From: Podarcis cretensis
Lineage: Eukaryota
DNA: 64,000 nucleotides
Reading direction: 5' to 3'
NCBI GenBank assembly: GCA_951804945.1
Contig: OX638157.1
Coordinates: forward strand, 51,212,001 to 51,276,000
This document shows, piece by piece, positions 1 through 12,772 of the stretch; the first letter of the stretch is position 1; each line of letters opens with the position of its first letter. A program made the translations under genes and the position numbers. Under the pieces are notes generated by a model that saw nothing but the letters and a program-made list of their open reading frames with translations, was not told where the DNA came from and ran no database searches.

Positions 1-618
1 AAAAAGATGTTTTGCAGTTTTTCAAACAGAATTTGTATTGAGAGAAAGTCACATAATATTCCAATATGAGAAGCATTCCATAGTAACTCTATGATAATAC
101 TTTCTATCTGACATGGGATCCAAATATAACTGTATTTCTAAGCTTACTGTGTGTGTTTCTTTCTAGCTGGAGTAGGGGATGGGAGGGTGGCAGTATCTGA
201 TAGATAATGTATCTAAACACTGCAGCTCTGCCTTTGTGCCTAACCAAGTCCTGCCACATCCTTGTATGATAAATAAAGGAACCATATTATACGTAATAGC
301 CTGACTGACTCCAGCTACAAAAGCTGAAGAGGCAACTTCTGTTCTGTAGTGTCCTGTTTGAATTTTATGCACTGCATACTAGTCAGGCTACCAGAATTAT
401 GTTCTCTTTTAGATGGGAACTTGGTCACAATTCTTCTATTACCTGTGCCAAGTTCCCATCTAAAGGAGAGTACTGGTAATTAATATGTTCTCGTGATACT
501 AAGTATATAGCATACAATACTGTCTCTCCATCTTATATCCTATTTGGCAAATGTATATTTTATGTTAAATATTACAAGTGGGTGTTTCAGACAAGCCCTC
601 ACAAGCTCACCCACCACT

Positions 619-715
619 ATAAGAACATACTAAGAATCCTTCTGGATCATATCAAAGGTCCATGACGTCCAGTTTCCCACAGTGACCAACCAGATGTGTC
701 CAGGAAGCTCACAAT
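619..715 (-). mobile_element. Degraded CR1 LINE 3' tail fragment
   Basis: taagaacata...ctggatca...gtccag...cacagtgaccaaccagatg resembles the reverse complement of reptile CR1 3' ends. Confidence 0.5.
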
Positions 716-2763
716 ATATCTCTTCCAAACTGGTTTTCCCGTTGTTGTTTCCAAGGCACTTAATAGATGAAGAGAGAATCCTCCCTTTTACTTTCCATCA
801 TCCATTCATTTCTACCCCATCTAGTAGTGGCTTGAGTGGTGGGGCAGAGTTGCAGAGCTAACCTTCCAAGAGCAACACCACTGCAGCTTACCTGAACAGA
901 ACTGGGGCGGGGTGAGGCTGAGATGAGATGAGGTCAAGTCTGCACAGATTGGCTCCCCCAGTATGCCTGCATAGCCCTGACTTCATAGCTACACTGCCTC
1001 TCCCAAGCCCTATGCAAGTAAGCTGCAACAATACCAGTGCCAGGAGGTGACACCCCTCCCTACAGGCCACTACTGTTCACATCTTTAGCCATATATTTGG
1101 CCGTCATGGCAGCTTAACCATTTCATACTTGCACACACAGAGATACTACAAGATAATATCTACCATCATGGCTTGGTTTAAAGTTTATATCCCAGACGTG
1201 AAACTGTTTATGAAAAGTAGAATCAGGGCCTTTCCTTCAGCTATGAACCTTTTAAGAAGCTGCAGTATGTCTAATAAGGCAAATATTCAAAACACTCTGA
1301 TAGAAGGAGTGTTTGGTGCAAATACTTTACATTTTATGAGGCTGAATGGGGAAACAAATGGGGAATGGAGCTCATTAGAGATTTAGAGTAAGAAGAATAT
1401 CTAAAAGGAAACTTACATATTTAACTACTGTATAAAGCTAATACTGTATTGGTTTATGGTCAACCTGGATATATTATTTATTTCTATTCTTTATTGACAT
1501 CCATTAGTTACTCCCTTGTGGATTTGCTTCACCCCCCTCATAAATTAGAAGATCTCCAACCACCTTTGTGAAATAAATTATGTATTCCCATTCTGTGCAG
1601 TGGCTAGAGTCTATTAGTCTAAGATCTCACCACTGCTATTACACCAAAAATGGCTATACTACTGTACCAAGTACAAGAAATGCTCTAATTAAAGCACTGT
1701 AAATAAAAGGACTGAACATCTATATTCCATTTTGCTCTTAACATTCTTGTAGGCCTATGGTGATTTAGGAAGACTTCCTTGTAATAATCATGTATATTTT
1801 ATTCATTTGCTGCTTTGCAGAAAAGCAACTGTAAAATATGTAAAGCCAGATTGTATAAGCATTAGAATGATAACAAAAATATCCTTCTCAGCAGCTGATA
1901 TAATTCCACGTAAAACTCCACCCACCCCCCAACAAAAGCTATTATGTTCCATTGGGGGTGTTGGATTATTCACACGTGTTCTTCCTAACTTTGGTGGATA
2001 AACAGACTCAGAGAGCATACCAGCATGTTAGCTATTCTTGATACTGAGTCTTAGAGCTTTGATTTGATTCTGATCCCTCACCACACATTATGTGTTCAGG
2101 GATGTGTACATTTGAATTTTGGAGGTTGCCTGCTGACTTCTAAGTAAATAGGAATTTATGCAGGCAACAGCTTTCTTATAATTATTCCATTGTAAGGTAT
2201 CTTACTGTATCATACCTTCGGAGCACACTGAGTGATTCTAGCGGGCAGGTTTGTGTGCAAAGTTATCAGCATTTATGCATAGTTGAGCACTTGTTTTTTT
2301 GGACAAGAACAGGTTTTACACTGAGATTGTGTGACAGTCAAGGCAACTGCAGTGCATTTCAATTATATGCAATAGCCTTTTCTTTATTAATCAAATGGGC
2401 TGTTTCACTCTGCAGTACCAAACTGCCCCCACACCGAGGGATGAAAACACTAGAAGGTAAATAAATTTAACAGTGGGCCACAACTTTAGTATAACTTCAA
2501 GGGACAGATAATGAACATTTAACTTAGCTAACATCTTAACACCACAATGACTGTGATGGCATTTTGTCACTTAGAGAATGAGTAACCAGTATGGTGCCCT
2601 TATGATTTTATACTACGTGCATGGCCAATGATCATGGATGGAACCACACTGGCTACCCCTGCCTTAGAAGATCACTCCTATTATCTCTGCCTTACTTTGG
2701 GCCTAGCAGTGATAACCCCAGTAGATTTAATAGATGTCATTTAGAATAAATCTTGACCACCCT

Positions 2764-3906
2764 TAGGGATGGGCAAATATGTCAATTGCATTTTCTCTCA
2801 GTTTCTAATTTTTCAAATCTTAAATTCAGTTTTCCACATTTCCACATCAGTTTGCACTTTTTAAAAAGTCAGAAAAATTCATTAGTATTTGACTTTGATT
2901 TCTTCCTAATATTTGTGTTGTAATGCAATTTCCCCTAATATGCACTTTATCCTAGTATATTCATTTTAATGTAAAATTTTGAGCATTAATAAACCTTAAC
3001 ACTATAAACAAACTGGTGGACTATAGTCAATCATCATTATCAGAATGTGTAGAACCCACGATCAACATCACCCTATTATGACAAAGGTGATTACACTAAT
3101 CCCATCAAGCAACAACAAAAGTCAGTCCAAAAATGAAGGTGAAAATCCAGTAGCCTCCTGTTGCAGACTTCCTTGTTAAAAATCAGAATGATGGCCCACC
3201 AGGTTTTTGCAAATTTGTCAGTTTATGTCACATACACAACCATGGCATAGCCTGTTTTCTGTGACAGTTTCTCCAGCACTGCTAATTGTTGTACCTTCTC
3301 CCCACCATCCCTCCAAAGTAAATGAAGAAGTGTGTCTTCAGTGATCGCTTATTTTGAGTTTTGCAGCAGCCAGATGGAACAGTATTAACTTCTTATGGGA
3401 CACTTCTATCATACATTTCTGGAGGATCCACAGCAAAGCCAACAGTGGGTCTTGTGGTAGAAGTTGCAGGACAGTGGCTGAAATTTCCTGAAAGATCTAT
3501 GCCCAGAATGCTGACATGATCACACATAACTACCACATGTGGGAATAAGAGCCTATCATACCGCATCCCCACCAACACTCGATAGGCAAAGCCCCATTTA
3601 TTCAACCTAGTGTTCAGTACCAGTGAAGTACTATCAGCATGGATTCTTGAACTTTTGCAGAGATAGATCAGATCAGGTGTTTCCTATTTAATGCCTTCAA
3701 AGCTGACTCCTCTATATCCATACCAAGGTCACCCTAGTATATGCATTTATGTCCACATTACTTGGCTTGAGATATACATCACAAAATTTGGAGAAGTGTG
3801 AATTTAAAGGATGATTGTCCTTCAAGTTTCACACTGTTTCATAAAGTGTGAATTAGGTAAATTAATCTGTAAATATGAATTGATTCAAATTTTTATTCCA
3901 TCCCTA
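2764..3906. mobile_element. Non-autonomous hAT-type DNA transposon interrupted by an L1 fragment
   Basis: Inverted termini TAGGGATGG (2764) / CCATCCCTA (ends 3906); 8-bp flanks accaccct (2756-2763) and accactct (3907-3914) match 7/8, the TSD length typical of hAT. Confidence 0.65.
2967..3732 (-). mobile_element. 5'-truncated, degraded L1 (ORF2 C-terminus plus 3' UTR)
   Basis: Minus strand reads, with stops and frameshifts, DLGMDIEE..SISAKVQES..HWY..CWWGCGMIGSYSHMW..C..FW..IFQEI, the L1 ORF2 Cys/His C-terminal region. Flanked by 16-bp direct repeats cctagtatat(t/g)cattt at 2951-2966 and 3733-3748. Confidence 0.7.
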
Positions 3907-4469
3907 ACCACTCTACTCTAATACGTCCTGCTGTATTCTGGATGAATTCTAGATAGTAGAAATCTTCTATTCACTACTAGGCAGAATGAGGTGACTGCCT
4001 CAGATGACACATTGTGGTGGGCATCTTTCTGAGTCCCTTGGCTATACCCTTCTAATTGAGGAGAAAGCTGGGTATGGCATTTGGTCTATGCTCTCAGATG
4101 CAGTGGAATCCCACTGCCAGTATTGAGGTAATATTCAACTGCCTGCCTGGCTTCTGTACATGGACTGCAGGGGGAAATCTCGTCCCTCAACTTAGGCAGG
4201 AAAATGTTCATTTATATAATTACAGAAAGGGTCTCTGCAGCATGGGTGTAGAGCCCAGAAACAATAAGTCTAATATGGATGTAAGCAGGACATTTAGGAG
4301 GTGGCAGCTTGGGAGAACCTAGTGACTATGTTGAGCAGTTATCTCAGCCAAACTCATATGGAAACGCTGTTTATGTCAATTGGCACTATTACATCAACAC
4401 TATAGTATGGCTGTCACCATTTCTATAGTGGTGACAACATTTTTTTCTTTGCTCCCATTTTGTGCACAA

Positions 4470-5175
4470 TTAGCTGCACAAAACAATCTAGAGCACATTG
4501 TAGTAGTCCAGATGGAAGGTCACTAGAGCATGGGTAACTGAGGCCAAATTATCTCTGGTCCAGAAACAGCTATACCTGGCAACCCAGCTTAAGCTGTATA
4601 TAGGAACTTCTGGCCACAGAAGCCACTTTGAACTGTAGTAATAGGTTAGAATCCAAGAGCTTCCTTGACTATTAACCTGTTCTTTTAAGGAGACTGCAGT
4701 TGCTGCCAGAACAGGTAATCCATCTAATTCCCAGCCATGCAAACTTCCCTCTCACAGCAACTATGTCTTTTCAGATTCAGTTTATGGACTCACATCCAAT
4801 GCATAATTCTTTCCAGGTACTGGTTCTATACCTTCAGAGCCTCTCCTGATTCAAAAGGACTGAAGACATAGAGTTGCATGTATTCAGCATTCTGATGACA
4901 CTGTGCTCCAAATCTCTGAATGGCAGCACCCAACTGTTTCATATAGATGTTGAATAATATGAGACAAAATGGACTCCTGTGGAACCCCACAGTTTGAAGC
5001 TATAGGGCTGATCAGGAGTCCCCTAGTGCTAATTTCTGGTAATGACCCTTCAGGTAGGAGGAAAAGCACTGCAATACAATGCCTCCAACGCCCATCCAGA
5101 AGGGACAGCATGATCAGTGATGTTGAAAGGCACTGAAATATCAAAGAGCACCAACAGGGTGGTTCCACACCATTC
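4470..5175 (-). mobile_element. L2 LINE reverse-transcriptase fragment (degraded)
   Basis: ORF-track remnants CGVPQESILS and LASVTHALVTFHLDYYNVL correspond to the L2 RT motifs GVPQGSILSP and LATVxHALVTSRLDYCNAL. Confidence 0.75.
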
Positions 5176-5305
5176 AGGAAACCTTGGGTGGAAAATATCC
5201 AAACATCAAACTGGCCTGATGTTTTATCAGTATTTTAGTGAAGCTTTGGGTGAAGTACAAAGCAAATTAAGAAGACCATAAAAATAATATAACAGCAAAC
5301 ATGCC

Positions 5306-5360
5306 AGCTTATGCCAAGAACAAACTTAGTTGGTCTCTAAGGTGCTACTGGACAATTTTT
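5306..5360. mobile_element. Short Penelope-like element terminus
   Basis: agcttatgccaagaacaaacttagttggtctctaaggtgctactggac matches the short Penelope terminal motif that is abundant in squamates (from recollection). Confidence 0.55.
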
Positions 5361-5564
5361 AAATTTTTTTAATATATTATGCCAGGTATAGTTTCATTGT
5401 TAGTTTTTCCTACATACATTTGCATGTTCCATTTTGTGTGGGCAATTTGTTTCAAAGGTCAGATAAAATCACCTCTAGCAATTCTCACAGATGGCAGGTT
5501 AAGACTACATTTTGTGCTGACAGTCAGCTCAATTTACTTATTTCATAGATAGCAGCTCTTTTAA

Positions 5565-5589
5565 ACACACACACACACACACACACACA
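5565..5589. repeat. (AC)n microsatellite
   Basis: Perfect AC run. Confidence 0.95.
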
Positions 5590-7919
5590 TTCTCCCTGTA
5601 AGTAAAATTTGCTGGCAGTTGGCAACCACACTTTCATCCTTCATATCTGGCAGGCTCCTTAGTGACTCCATGTATTAATGTTTCACATCATTTTTTTTAA
5701 AAAAGTGTAGACATCTGAGATTACTACAGTACTCTATAATTCTGAAGTGCCTCTGTATAGGACATTTTGAAGTTTCTGGTTTGGGGACCACAATAAAAAT
5801 TGCAGTAGAAGCCCTCCAGAGTAGTACCTACAAAATGGAGGTTGTGGGTCCTTCATACCTTGTGCCAGTGGCAACTGCAATATGTGAGGGTGTGCAGCAC
5901 ATGCTGCACATATTAGTCTTAAAAGTATAAAAACTGTTGGCCAGATTTAAGAAGCAGCAGAATTTGCCCCTCTGCTTTGACATAGACAAGATTTTTGACA
6001 GTGTTCCCTTCCTCTGAAGTTGTGAGTGCGGGGGGAGGGGGCTTACGCCACTGAGAAATTTATAACAATGGTGTGCATCAGGTTGCACAAGATACAAAGA
6101 GTTGCCACAAGGAAAGACACTATTACCCAGAAATGTATCATTTGGCCCTCAAAATGCTATATAGTTATTTTGCCTTCTTTTTTTTTAAAAAAAGAAGTTT
6201 CCTATAATTATATCAGGAATAGGACAATACTGAATATTATTTAGCAGGTAAGTGCTGCATGTGGCATAAAAATAAGCCTATTTTATTACACGCTGGAATA
6301 GTGTTCCACAGAAGGTCATAGTCCTGCATTTGTATTTTAATAAAATAAATTCTCCAGTTCCTTTAACTTCTGCACTTCTCTCCCATCTCCACTTGAAAAA
6401 TCCTATCTCCCTCAGAGCACGCTCCAGAGGAGTAAACTCCTCTGCTCATATAACAATATGAGCAATGTCCTTTCTCATTGTAACAATTATAACCTCATAC
6501 AAGGTGAAGAATTCTAATGCATTACAGTTTATCACAAGGGACATCAAGCAATGTGTTCCTGTTAGGATGTCAGCAAATTAGCCGTGCGCATTCCACTTGA
6601 ATAGTGACGCCCCGTCACGGGATATAAATATGAAATAAAAATAAATGCCAAATGCACTGAAATCTTATCAAGCTCAGGCAAGTATTCTAATTGTAAGAGA
6701 AAAAAGAGCCGCTGTAACAAGGGCCCTTGGTGCCTGCAGGCAAGTCTTTGATTTTTGTACCTTTCCATCTTGTAGCTATCTTCACTGAATACCTGTGTGT
6801 AGTCTTTTCAGTTTAACTTAAAAGACCTTTAATAATTAAAAAAGACCAGAGCAGTGCTACCTTATTTAGTGTTACAGGGTAGAATCTGTCCCAGTGAATG
6901 GTAATCTTTAGTTCCTCTAAAATAAAAAAAAGGAAAGGAAAAGGTTCATTGGCAATAGCTGAATACCGGCATTGTTGATCTTGTGAAAAGATGTCTGCTT
7001 TACGAGGGATTTTTATTCTGGTGGAAAAAATTGAGAACAAAATCATTGCTTCTCCCCACAAACCAACCATTTGTTGGGCGCAGGAAGAGGAGCACAGTTA
7101 ATTCAAGCATTCTTTCATATCCACATGTAAGAGAGGGCTTAAATAAATGATGGTAAGGAGGCTCATTATTTCATTAGAAAGCTCGTTATTTATGTTAGCT
7201 CTGCTAATATAAAAATTGACTGGTAAAATCTTAATAAGGCTATCTGTAAAGTCTTAAGAAAACTAGTGAATTTTAGTTCCAGGCTGATAGCTTCATGCAC
7301 TCTCTAAATAAGGTTCAGAACTGGCAAGGCAGGAATAAGTGAGTTGCTGAAAGCAGAAACCTTACTAAAGAAGTCATGCAAATAGGACTAAATATTTCCC
7401 AGGATGACAGGGCCATTCATCAGAATATTCAGAATTTCCAGAATTTTCATTTATTTACAATATTTGTAAAGCTCAAAGCAATTTGCTGTAAGATATTAAT
7501 GTTTCTTCTTATGCCTACCACAGTAGCAAAACCTACTGGAACTATCCTGCATAAACCCTGCCCCAGGGGAAAGTAGAGTGAGCCATCCCATAGTGGGAAA
7601 GTGCTGTGAACGTTGTTTCCCCTGCACCAGAGGTCACCAATCAATGGTCTCTCTCTAAAAATGAGGCATTACACCAGTAATGCAATTCTAGCGCAGATTG
7701 AAATCTTACTTGTTTATAATATATTTTGCTGGCTACTGATACAAGCTGTTTGGAGATTTTAAGCATATGTTTAACTGTTTGCCTGATCATTGTTTTACTG
7801 GGGTTTTTGTGGGGTCTGTTTTACTGGGTTAATGTAGATTTTTTTTGTATTTGTACTGTATTTTATGAGATTGTTGTACACAGTTTTGAAATGCCTGCAT
7901 AACAGACAGCATATAAATA

Positions 7920-8084
7920 CAGTGGTACCTCAGGTACCACTTTAACTAATGGGGCCTCCTGCTGCCGTCGCGCTGCTGCTGCGCAATTTCTGTTCTCATC
8001 CTGAAGCAAAGTTCTTAACCCGAGGTACTATTTCTGGGTTAGCGAATCTGTAACCTGAAGCGTCTGTAACCCCAGGTACCACTG
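7920..8084. mobile_element. Tc1/mariner-superfamily (Tigger/pogo-like) MITE, internally deleted
   Basis: TIRs CAGTGGTACCT / AGGTACCACTG with TA on both sides (7918-19, 8085-86). Body nearly identical to the copy at 29842-30080. Confidence 0.85.
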
Positions 8085-9427
8085 TATTTTAATAAACCCC
8101 TGCTTGGGGAAAGGGTTCTGTAGTGGCTATTTAATTATTATTTTAGTTGCATTGATTGCTTTCATGTAATTAATGTAATTTTTTTAAAAAATATACCTGT
8201 ACAGTGGGAGGATTGATAGGATGATCAAACAGAGAGAGCAGATCTCCTTTAATTTTAATAGCCAGGATAAAATGTTTACTTTAGCAGAACTACTTATTCC
8301 AATAAAGAACGGTAAAGGAGTTCTGTCCTACTTGCATCTGGACATACATGTAAAATGCCCAGTTCCATTTGAAGAAAGCACCTTACTGATGTGGTAAAAA
8401 TGGATGCACAAGCCTTAAATAAAAAGTTTATTTTTTTGCATAACCTTTGCCTGCCTCTAAAACTATTTTGCTAATTTAAGAAAAGCAGTTGAAATGAGTC
8501 AGAACATGCAGGAGTGTCATTAATGTCATCGCCAATTACTAACTTTTCAGCTTGCATTATTTACTCTCCTGCTTGCTAATTCATTACAAGCTGTAAAATA
8601 AATCACTAAGCCTTTTATTCTTCAGCACAGAAAAATGTATTGGTGATAACATTTAGCATTTGTAGCTGAATTATACAAAGTAATGCTGAGAGCATGTCAA
8701 ATTGGTACACACAGGGCTTGTTAATGTTTGAGTAGCTTCGCAATTTTGTCAATATTTCACTTGTTTTGAAGGTTGTTGATGCATGTTTTTACTTAAGTTT
8801 TATGCAATGTAAAAAGATCCTACATTTGCAGTTTGAACAGTTGCTTAGAAGAAAAAAGAGACCTATCTGTGATGGCATTAAAGACTAGATTCCAGTGTTC
8901 TCTTTAGTGTTTGGTGTGGTAATGGCTTATGGATTAAAGAACAATATTAGCAAAGAGGATATTTTATCAATTTTTTAAATTGTTCCTTTATTTAAAGTTC
9001 TCAGTATTATTACTGCATTGATTTGGTACAAAACTTGAATCAGATGGAAATGATCACAGTGCTAATGAAAATTCATTTTGTGTATTAGTATTGTTCTCTC
9101 ACCAGATGGTGCTGTTCACACAGATCATGTTCTCACAGAATATAAGCTTGTGTGTTCACACCCTGTTATCATGGGCATGATGGTAACCCCATGGGTCTTG
9201 TGACCAAAACTCCATCTCCTTCAGAGCATGAATTTTTAACTGATTCAGAGCATTCCAAAAGTCCCAAGTTATTAAGCCTTGCAGATTCTGAGAGGTAACA
9301 TGTTGGTGGTCATATTATGTTAGTTAGCCAAGACTTACCCCCATATTCCTTGGAATTCCAGGGTCAAAATCACCAACTTTCAGAAACATTGTGTAATTCT
9401 CTAGTGTTTGAAAAGAAGTAGTGACCT

Positions 9428-9515
9428 CACAATCCTATAAATATGCACTCAGTATGTCCCACTGAGGGGACATGTTGGCCTACTCCAAGGAAAGTGGGTA
9501 TAGGAATTGCAGCCT
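9428..9515. mobile_element. Short (~90 bp) palindromic MITE-like repeat; related copies near 14410-14505, 41516-41588, 47928-48017
   Basis: Imperfect inverted ends cacaatcctata / tataggaattgc with an internal actcag...cccactga motif, recurring in the window. Confidence 0.5.
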
Positions 9516-9819
9516 AAGTTCTTTCAGTGTCTTTTTTAACAGAACAGTTGTAATGGCAGCTTGTTCTCTAATTAGATTTTATTGTGAAGAATTTTGAGAA
9601 AGAGAATTGCGCAATTTGATTCTCAGTTTTAAACTGAGAAAATCTTATGTTTTGTAAAATATTGTTGATATAGGAGGCACCATATAATTAAGACACTATA
9701 AAATAGTAATACAGTCATAATATAATTGTTTTATTCATATGTGTGCTTAGATTAATGTGGTTCCTGCACGTTAAATCAGACTTTTTACAACTGCTATAGC
9801 TACACCAGTCCAATACTAT

Positions 9820-10022
9820 TTGCACCACATATCTGAAGCACTCTTACACCACTTTCAAGAGTTACTACTTCCACTGAAGAATCCTGGAAACCGTAGTTTG
9901 TGAAGGGTGCTGACCTCATAGAGCTAGAATTTCCAGGACCCTTTACAAAATATAATTCCCAGTTCTCCATGACTGTTCAAATGTTTTAAGAGTACTATAA
10001 ATGTAAGATGTAGGGATGACCT
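9820..10022. mobile_element. Old non-autonomous DNA transposon (MITE) remnant
   Basis: aagaatcctggaaaccgtagtttgtgaagggtgctg ... aattcccag ... catgactgttcaaa resembles a common squamate MITE core; imperfect internal inverted repeats. Confidence 0.45.
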
Positions 10023-10428
10023 AGCCACCATCAGTATTCTTTGGTCCAGGTTCAGCACAATTGCAGTGTTAGAAGTTCTGATTTATGTGGTTTGTATTTT
10101 ATATGTATTATTTATTTAAACATACATGACAAAAACTTGATTCCTTTAGCTTATTTGTTTTGCTTATTGCTGTAGATTTTCCCTAGGAAATGGTGTTGAG
10201 CTCAGATTACCTGTAACAAAAGATCAGTTATATGCCTTTTTTTTTTTTAGGTGGATCAAAAGCTAGCAATCATATAGCAGATTCCTTCTATGCCGGGTAT
10301 TCACTTTGTGGTGCCTTTGTCAACCCATGGTTGTAAAGCTCCTCTGCCCTGTTAGTAGAGGCCAGCATAAGATATGTTCATCACTTGTTTAGGGTCTAGT
10401 CTATTGAATGACTCTGATTTCTCTAAAA

Positions 10429-10564
10429 CAGGCATAGGCAAACTTGGCCCTCCAGATGTTTTGGGACTGCAACTCCCATCATCCCTAGCTAACAGGACCA
10501 GTGGCCAGGGATGATGGTAGTTGTAGTCCCAAAACATCTGGAGGGCCAAGTTTGCCTATGCCTG
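10429..10564. mobile_element. 136-bp hAT (Charlie/URR1-like) MITE, near-perfect palindrome
   Basis: 58-bp arms 10429-10486 and 10507-10564 are 56/58 complementary; CAGG termini; 8-bp TSD ctctaaaa / ctctaaca. Confidence 0.9.
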
Positions 10565-10665
10565 CTCTAACAAATAATGGTAATTTAATCGAGAAGCTTA
10601 CCACTATTCCTCCATAACATGCCATCCTAAATAGCATACAAGTATCATGAGTAACAATAGTTGTA

Positions 10666-10902
10666 CAGTCTTACTTCTAGTTGCATTAGGTTCATTTTGC
10701 GGATTTTCTGTTGCGAACGCAGCAAACCCCGAAGTGTATACTCCCGGGTTTTTGTCCACACACGCAGAAGCGTTCTTCGTGCATGCGCAGGAGTGCTCTA
10801 TTGCGTCACGCGCACGCACAGAGGTGGCGCTCTACTTACGGACTTTTCAGGGTGCGAATGGCACCCCAGAATGGATTGCGTCTGTAAGTAGAGGTACCAC
10901 TG
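10666..10902. mobile_element. Tc1/mariner-superfamily MITE (second subfamily)
   Basis: TA-CAGT..TACTTCTA.TT left end and AAGTAGAGGTACCACTG-TA right end; CpG-rich body with gcatgcgca motifs. Confidence 0.75.
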
Positions 10903-12772
10903 TACAGGGAAGTGGGAACACCTCTTAACTCATGTGTTGCAGTTGAATAGGATTAGTCAGAATCTTGGAATGGACCCAATTATGCCAGGCTTTGGGGCTC
11001 TTTCCCCCAAAAGTAGATAACTAGCTAATAACTGATTTATTTTAAAATAGCAATCAACCATGTCAGAATGAACTTTTTTGATGCATAATATTGGCAAGGG
11101 GCAGCCCACTGCTCCAAGTTCTTGGCAGATGCAAGCATCTTTCACTTCAGTGGAACAGACGTCAGTGAAGTATCTTTACAAGTGAAGCCAAGTGGAATTT
11201 AGAATGTGGTTTTTACTTATTTTTTCTATTACAATATAAATGATTAGCAAACTGTAGATCTCTCTTTTTGTTTGGATTGACACTCATTACCTGGGTTAAA
11301 TATACATTTCATAAGCATTGGGGAAACAGTGCAATATTCCTTCCTATTCAAAACTTTATGAGAAAAGGTCAGTTTTTAACCAGAGGGGAATTCCTTGAAG
11401 ATAAATATTAATTTATGTGAGAAACAGCTGTAAGTTTTGATGCCCAGTGATCAAAACTAGTGGGTGTCCCTACTTAATCTGTTCCAGATAGTTTGTTACA
11501 GAAGCCAGAGAAGGAAATAGTGTGAAAGCGACATGAAAAGAAGTAGCCTTGACCTCAGAATACATATTTTCTGGTCACATTGCTAATTTGCAACAGTGAT
11601 CACAGCTATATGATCCCCAGACATGACTCAGAGCTGTGGTAGTCTCTGATTCAGAACTGAGGTGCCAAATTGAGAAGATTCAGACTTCTCCAACTGTAAA
11701 AACTATGCATGCTCTGTTTCAATAGCTTAAAAGATTTAAAGACTGATACCTGTTTGCCTTTTATCTATCTGATCAAAAAGAAGTTCCATGCATAGGTGTA
11801 GAAACTGAAAAGACACTCTAGAAATGAATTAAAATCTTCAGATATGGCAATCAGGAGGTTTGGTGAAGCTTGGGGGGAAAAAACAAAAAAAACCCTATTA
11901 ATTATGCTGCAATAATCAGGACTGCTCCACATAACTGCTCTCCCTATGATCTTCCACTTCATGGTGAACAAGGCTCATGACAAATTAATTTTCTGAATAA
12001 TTCACCATGAACACCAGGTGCCATTTTGATTAAAGCTATGTTCTTTCTACATGGAGTATGTATTGTGGACAGCAAAAGTTTGACTTGTACAACACAGTGA
12101 AGGATTCAGGTGCTCATTCACCACAGGTGATAGGGGAGGGGATAAATTGTTCAGCTTTCTGTTTGCAGAGCTATCTTCAGGAGATAGGCAATGGTTTGTG
12201 GGTTAATAATGTTGAACTTGCCCTGTCAAGTTTACTGCTGAGCTTGTAAATCCACCCCCCCCCCAAAGTAACCCTATTGATTCTGACATGTCCTTAAAAG
12301 AGAAAATAAAAGATTTGTCATAATGTTGGTATATATTGTTTAAAGAAGAGGAATTTCAACTATTACTGTGTAATGATTGCACAGTCCCTTTTTGCACGTT
12401 CTTTCAAATTAGGCTATGAAAAATATAGATAGTTCACTGAGTTACATTCCTGTAACGAACCATAAAATGTTAGTTACCCATTGATACCAAACTGTTCAAA
12501 TTCACATATCAATGTTCTTACCACTTAAAAGATGCCAAGGCACACTTCAGTAAATAACCATTTTATTAGTAAATCATTTTAACAGTGAGCATGAGAAAAA
12601 TCAAAATGGATTATTGTGATTTCAGAACAGCTACCTTATATATCAGTCTTGAAAAAGTTGTAGTTTGGCATAGAAAACTGTGGATAAAGATCCAGTGTTA
12701 TATTTCTATCAGTGGCAGAGTCTGGGCTTGGTTGTAGTTTTGCTGCATCTGCAGACAAACAAAAAGGGTGTA

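Noticed and set aside
822-1075. Possible hAT MITE with tagtagtggcttg / caggccactactg ends
   Set aside because: TIRs match 11/13 but flanks match only about 5/8, and I do not recognise the body.
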